Source: Planctomycetota bacterium
GTDB taxonomy: Bacteria > Planctomycetota > UBA1135 > UBA2386
DNA: 64,000 bases
Direction: 5' to 3'
Assembly: GCA_965228735.1 (NCBI GenBank)
Contig: OZ245838.1
Span: forward strand, 6,272,001 to 6,336,000
Shown: one piece after another, positions 60,686 through 64,000 of the stretch
How positions within the stretch are numbered: the stretch's first letter is position 1
Layout: every line of letters starts with the position of its first letter
The notes under the pieces: generated by a model
Seen by the model: the letters and a program-made list of their open reading frames with translations, nothing else
Database searches by the model: none
What the model was told of the DNA's origin: nothing
Made by a program: the position numbers and the translations under genes

Positions 60686-61813
60686 ATGAGATTGCTGCAC
60701 ACGTGCGCCTCCGCGCTGCTCGTCGCGTCGGTCCTGGTATGTCAGACGGGGCAACCGGGTGGACCGCCGAAGGCGACCAAGAAGGAAGCCGAGTCCAAGA
60801 CGGAGTCGAAGCAGGACCCCGGCAAGGAGTCGGAGGCGACCGACAAGGCGTCGCGCATCGAAGAGCGCGCGAAGCGCATGCGCCAGGAGTTCGGCGGTGG
60901 CAAGAAGGTCAAGAGTCACGTGCGCGTGCAGGTGCGCCTCAACAACGGCAACCGACTGCGCGGCGTCGTGAAGGACGGCCGCCTCGTCGAGCGCGTGACG
61001 GGTCTGCGCTTCGAGACCGCGCACGCGGCCGATCGCGGCGCCGGCATCCGGATCTGGTACTCGGGCGGCACGCGCAACTACGTGTTCGTGCCGTTCTCGG
61101 AGCTGAAGAACTACACCGTGCTGCAGCGGCTCACGACCGAGCAGCTCGCCGAACTCGAGGCCGAGATGGCGATGAAGGAGGACCGCGAGCGCCGCGGCGG
61201 CTTCCAGCGCGGCGGTGATCCGAACCGCGCGAGCGGCTCGCCGGCGCGCCCCGAGGGTGAGGGACGCCCGCAGGCGGGCGGTGCGACGGGCAGCAACGGT
61301 CAGCCGGCGAACGGGCAGTCCCAGGGTGCCACGCCCGCGGGCCCGGGTGCGGCCGGCGTGCAAACGCAGGCATCGCAGATCGGCTCGGCGAAGCCGTCGG
61401 CCAAAGGCAGCACGGGCAACGGGCCCGGCGCGACGGGCGTCGCCAAGTCGGTGACGTCGGGCGCGGGTTCGACGGGCAGCGCGACGACCGGTGCGGGTGC
61501 GGGCACGGGCGCGTCGGAAGCGCAGCAGGAGGCCCACCGCAAGTGGTTCCAGCTGCTGCAGGACTACCCGCCGGCGCAGGGCTGGAACGAGGCGAAGCGC
61601 ACGGAGATCCAGACGCGCTTCAACCGCATCGGCGCGGCGCCGACGGAGAAGGAGAACGCGTTCGTCGAGAACTTCGCCGAATGGCAGAAGGCGGTGAAGC
61701 ACTTCGCCGCCGACACCGGCACGAGCGACGTCGACGGCTCGCAGGACACGGGCCGCAAGAAGACCCGCCGCGAGCTGCGCCAGGAGCGCCGCGAGAAGCG
61801 CCGCAAGCGCTGA
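60686..61813 (+). CDS. Hypothetical exported protein with long Gly/Ser/Thr/Ala low-complexity linker
   Basis: Signal peptide, V.VRLNNGNRLRG beta domain, disordered linker, helical domain and Arg/Lys-rich tail. Confidence 0.7.
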   Translation: MRLLHTCASALLVASVLVCQTGQPGGPPKATKKEAESKTESKQDPGKESEATDKASRIEERAKRMRQEFGGGKKVKSHVRVQVRLNNGNRLRGVVKDGRLVERVTGLRFETAHAADRGAGIRIWYSGGTRNYVFVPFSELKNYTVLQRLTTEQLAELEAEMAMKEDRERRGGFQRGGDPNRASGSPARPEGEGRPQAGGATGSNGQPANGQSQGATPAGPGAAGVQTQASQIGSAKPSAKGSTGNGPGATGVAKSVTSGAGSTGSATTGAGAGTGASEAQQEAHRKWFQLLQDYPPAQGWNEAKRTEIQTRFNRIGAAPTEKENAFVENFAEWQKAVKHFAADTGTSDVDGSQDTGRKKTRRELRQERREKRRKR

Positions 61814-61869
61814 CGGATTCCGGAAGCCAGCCTTGATCGGACGTGGGCGCCGGCGAGAAGCTTCTCGCC

Positions 61870-62796
61870 ATGGCACGCGCTTTCCTCTTCACCGGTCAGG
61901 GCTCGCAGTTCGCGGGCATGGGCAAGGAGCTCGCGGACCGCTTCCCCGCGGCCCGCGAGACGTTCGAGGAGGCCGACGCCGTCCTCGCCGAGCCGATCAG
62001 TGAGCTCTGCTTCTCCGGCCCCGAGGAGCAGCTCGCGCTGACGACGAACACGCAGCCGTGCACGCTCACGGTCGCCGTCGCCGCGTTTCGAGCCCTCGCT
62101 TCCGAGAACGGGGGCATGACGCCCGACCTCGCGGCCGGTCACAGCCTGGGTGAATACAGCGCCCACGTCGCGGCCGGCACGATCACGTTCGCCGACGCCG
62201 TGCGGCTCGTGCGCGATCGCGCGGAGTGCATGCAGGACGCCGTGCCCGTCGGCACGGGCGGCATGGTCGCGCTGCGCAAGATGGAGCTGGCCGACGTCGA
62301 GGCGCTCGTCGCCAAGGTCGACGCGGGCGTCTGCGAGATCGCCAACTACAACGAGCCGACGCAGATCGTGTGCTCGGGCGCGATCGCCGCGATGGATCAG
62401 CTCGTCGAGCTCGCGCCGCGGCGCATGGCGATGAAGCTCAACGTCAGCGTGCCGTTCCATTGTTCGCTGCTGCAGGACGCGGGCGCGAGCTTCGCGACGA
62501 CGCTCGATGCGATCACGATGAACGACCCGGCGTTCCCCGTCTGGTGCAACGTCGATGCCAAACCGGTGACGACGGCCGACGCCGCGCGCGACGCGCTCAA
62601 GCGGCAGTTCGCCGGCTCGGTGCGCTGGCTGCAGACGATCGAGGGCATGCTCGAGCAGGGCGTGCGCGAGTTCGTCGAGTGCGGTCCGAAGCCGACGCTC
62701 GTCAACATGGTCAAGCGCATCGCCATGGCGCGTGGCGTCGAGGGCGTCGAGACCCACGCCGCGACGACCGCCGACGAGATCGCCGCGCTCTCGTGA
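61870..62796 (+). CDS. fabD: Malonyl-CoA:ACP transacylase
   Basis: FTGQGSQ, TQP, GHSLGEY, ANYN, VSVPFH and ECGP. Confidence 0.95.
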   Translation: MARAFLFTGQGSQFAGMGKELADRFPAARETFEEADAVLAEPISELCFSGPEEQLALTTNTQPCTLTVAVAAFRALASENGGMTPDLAAGHSLGEYSAHVAAGTITFADAVRLVRDRAECMQDAVPVGTGGMVALRKMELADVEALVAKVDAGVCEIANYNEPTQIVCSGAIAAMDQLVELAPRRMAMKLNVSVPFHCSLLQDAGASFATTLDAITMNDPAFPVWCNVDAKPVTTADAARDALKRQFAGSVRWLQTIEGMLEQGVREFVECGPKPTLVNMVKRIAMARGVEGVETHAATTADEIAALS

Positions 62797-63821
62797 GCGG
62801 ACCGCCCGCAGCACGCGAGGCCGAGGCCGCCACCGCGGGCAATCCGTTGCGCCAGGCGCTCTGGCCGCTCGGACTGCTGTACGGCGCGGTCACGGCGATC
62901 CGGAACCATGCGTTCGACGCGGGCTGGAAGCAGGTGCATCGGCTGTCCGTGCCCGTGGTGTCGATCGGCAACCTCACGGTCGGGGGCACGGGGAAGACGC
63001 CAACGGCGGCGTGGCTGGGCGCGCTCGCCGCGCAACGTGGCCGGCGCCCCGGCGTGCTCGCGCGCGGCTACGGTCGAGCCGAGGGTGCCGTACTCAACGA
63101 CGAGGGCATGATGCTCGCCGCCAGATTGCCCGAGCTGCTGCAGGAACAGGACCCCGACCGCGTCGCCGGCGGCAAGCGGCTCGTCGAGCGCGGCTGCGAC
63201 TACGTGGTGCTCGACGACGGGTTTCAGCATCGGCGGCTGCATCGCGACCTCGACGTCGTGTGCCTCGACGCATGGCGACCGTTCGGCAACGGCCAGTGCC
63301 TGCCGGCGGGGGACCTGCGTGAGTATCGATCGGGGTTGCGGCGCGCCGGGCTCGTCCTGCTCACGCGTTCGGGCGGACTGACGCGCGAGCAGATCGCGGC
63401 GCGGGTGCAGCGGATCCGGCAGCTCGCGCGGCGCGATGACCTGACCGTTCATGCGTGCGAGCACGCGCCGACGAAGCTCATCGAGCAGCCGGCGGGCGCC
63501 GAGCGCGAAGCGACGGAGCTCGCGGGGCGGCGCGTCGTGCTGCTGTCCGCGATCGCGCGGCCGGCCAGCTTCCTGGCGACGGTGACCGAGCTGGGCGCCG
63601 AGGTCGTGCGGGAGCTGCGCTATCGCGACCACCACCGTTTTACCGCAGCCGAGATCGAGCGCGCGGTCGAGGCCGCGACCGCGGCCGACGCCGTGCTGCT
63701 CACCACGGAGAAGGACGACGTGAAGCTCGCGTTGGTCGCGCCCGACGCGCCGCGCTCCGTGCTGCGTATCGAGCTGCGCTTCGTCGACGCGGACCCGCGG
63801 CCGCAGGAGTTCCTGCTGTGA
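62793..63821 (+). CDS. lpxK: Tetraacyldisaccharide 4'-kinase
   Basis: SIGNLTVGGTGKTP, RGYG, NDEG, LDDGFQH, PAGDLRE, DHH and TTEKD. Confidence 0.95.
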   Translation: MSGPPAAREAEAATAGNPLRQALWPLGLLYGAVTAIRNHAFDAGWKQVHRLSVPVVSIGNLTVGGTGKTPTAAWLGALAAQRGRRPGVLARGYGRAEGAVLNDEGMMLAARLPELLQEQDPDRVAGGKRLVERGCDYVVLDDGFQHRRLHRDLDVVCLDAWRPFGNGQCLPAGDLREYRSGLRRAGLVLLTRSGGLTREQIAARVQRIRQLARRDDLTVHACEHAPTKLIEQPAGAEREATELAGRRVVLLSAIARPASFLATVTELGAEVVRELRYRDHHRFTAAEIERAVEAATAADAVLLTTEKDDVKLALVAPDAPRSVLRIELRFVDADPRPQEFLL

Positions 63822-64000
63822 GCCAGCGCCCGAAGGCCCGGGTCGGCGACCGCATCGTCTACTGGCTCGCACGCATCGCGATCGGGACCGCCGCGCGCGT
63901 CCCCGAACGCCTCGGCTACGGCGTCGCCGCCTGGCTCGGGCGCGTCTACTTCCGGTGTTCGAAGAAGCGCCAGGGCTACGCGCTGCGCTTCCTGCAGGCC
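63818..64000 (+). CDS. Probable lipid A late acyltransferase (LpxL/HtrB-like), N-terminus, runs off window
   Basis: Not in the ORF track. GTG overlaps the lpxK stop. MSQRPKARVGDRIVYWLARI...P...GY..AAWLGRVYFR..KKR fits the family N-terminus and context. Confidence 0.6.
   Translation, partial: MSQRPKARVGDRIVYWLARIAIGTAARVPERLGYGVAAWLGRVYFRCSKKRQGYALRFLQA

Overview
High-GC bacterial chromosomal segment, densely coding (about 50 CDS and 2 tRNA-Ser genes). Gene content points by inference to an uncultured Planctomycetota-type diderm: a DUF1800/DUF1501 pair, an ECF sigma next to a Ser/Thr kinase-WD40 protein, HEAT-VWA and CAP proteins, mcsA-mcsB-clpC, lpxK and murD. Modules: beta-oxidation operon (PaaK-like ligase, thiolase, FadJ-like) divergent from a patatin-ferredoxin fusion; a NemR-like TetR unit with a visible operator; a MacAB-type ABC exporter; SLC13 transporter; class I aldolase; murD-mcsA-mcsB-clpC-dprA; an SRPBCC/ArsR islet between two tRNA-Ser genes; asparaginase-nnrD operon; fabD-lpxK-lpxL-like. 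No CRISPR array, integrase, transposase or rRNA was seen. Top candidate for an undescribed system: four unrelated, scattered secreted proteins (4857, 18812, 34380, 54726) all end in the same ~120-140 aa C-terminal domain and begin with signal peptides cleaved before Gln. This looks like a lineage-specific surface-protein sorting or anchoring signal. Other notable signals are a 61-nt near-perfect palindrome that duplicates the fbaB 3' end, widespread leaderless-type promoters, and a Ser-substituted DAED motif in the kinase-linked ECF sigma. All family assignments come from recognising motifs by eye; no database searches were run. Start codons were re-picked by eye and are approximate.
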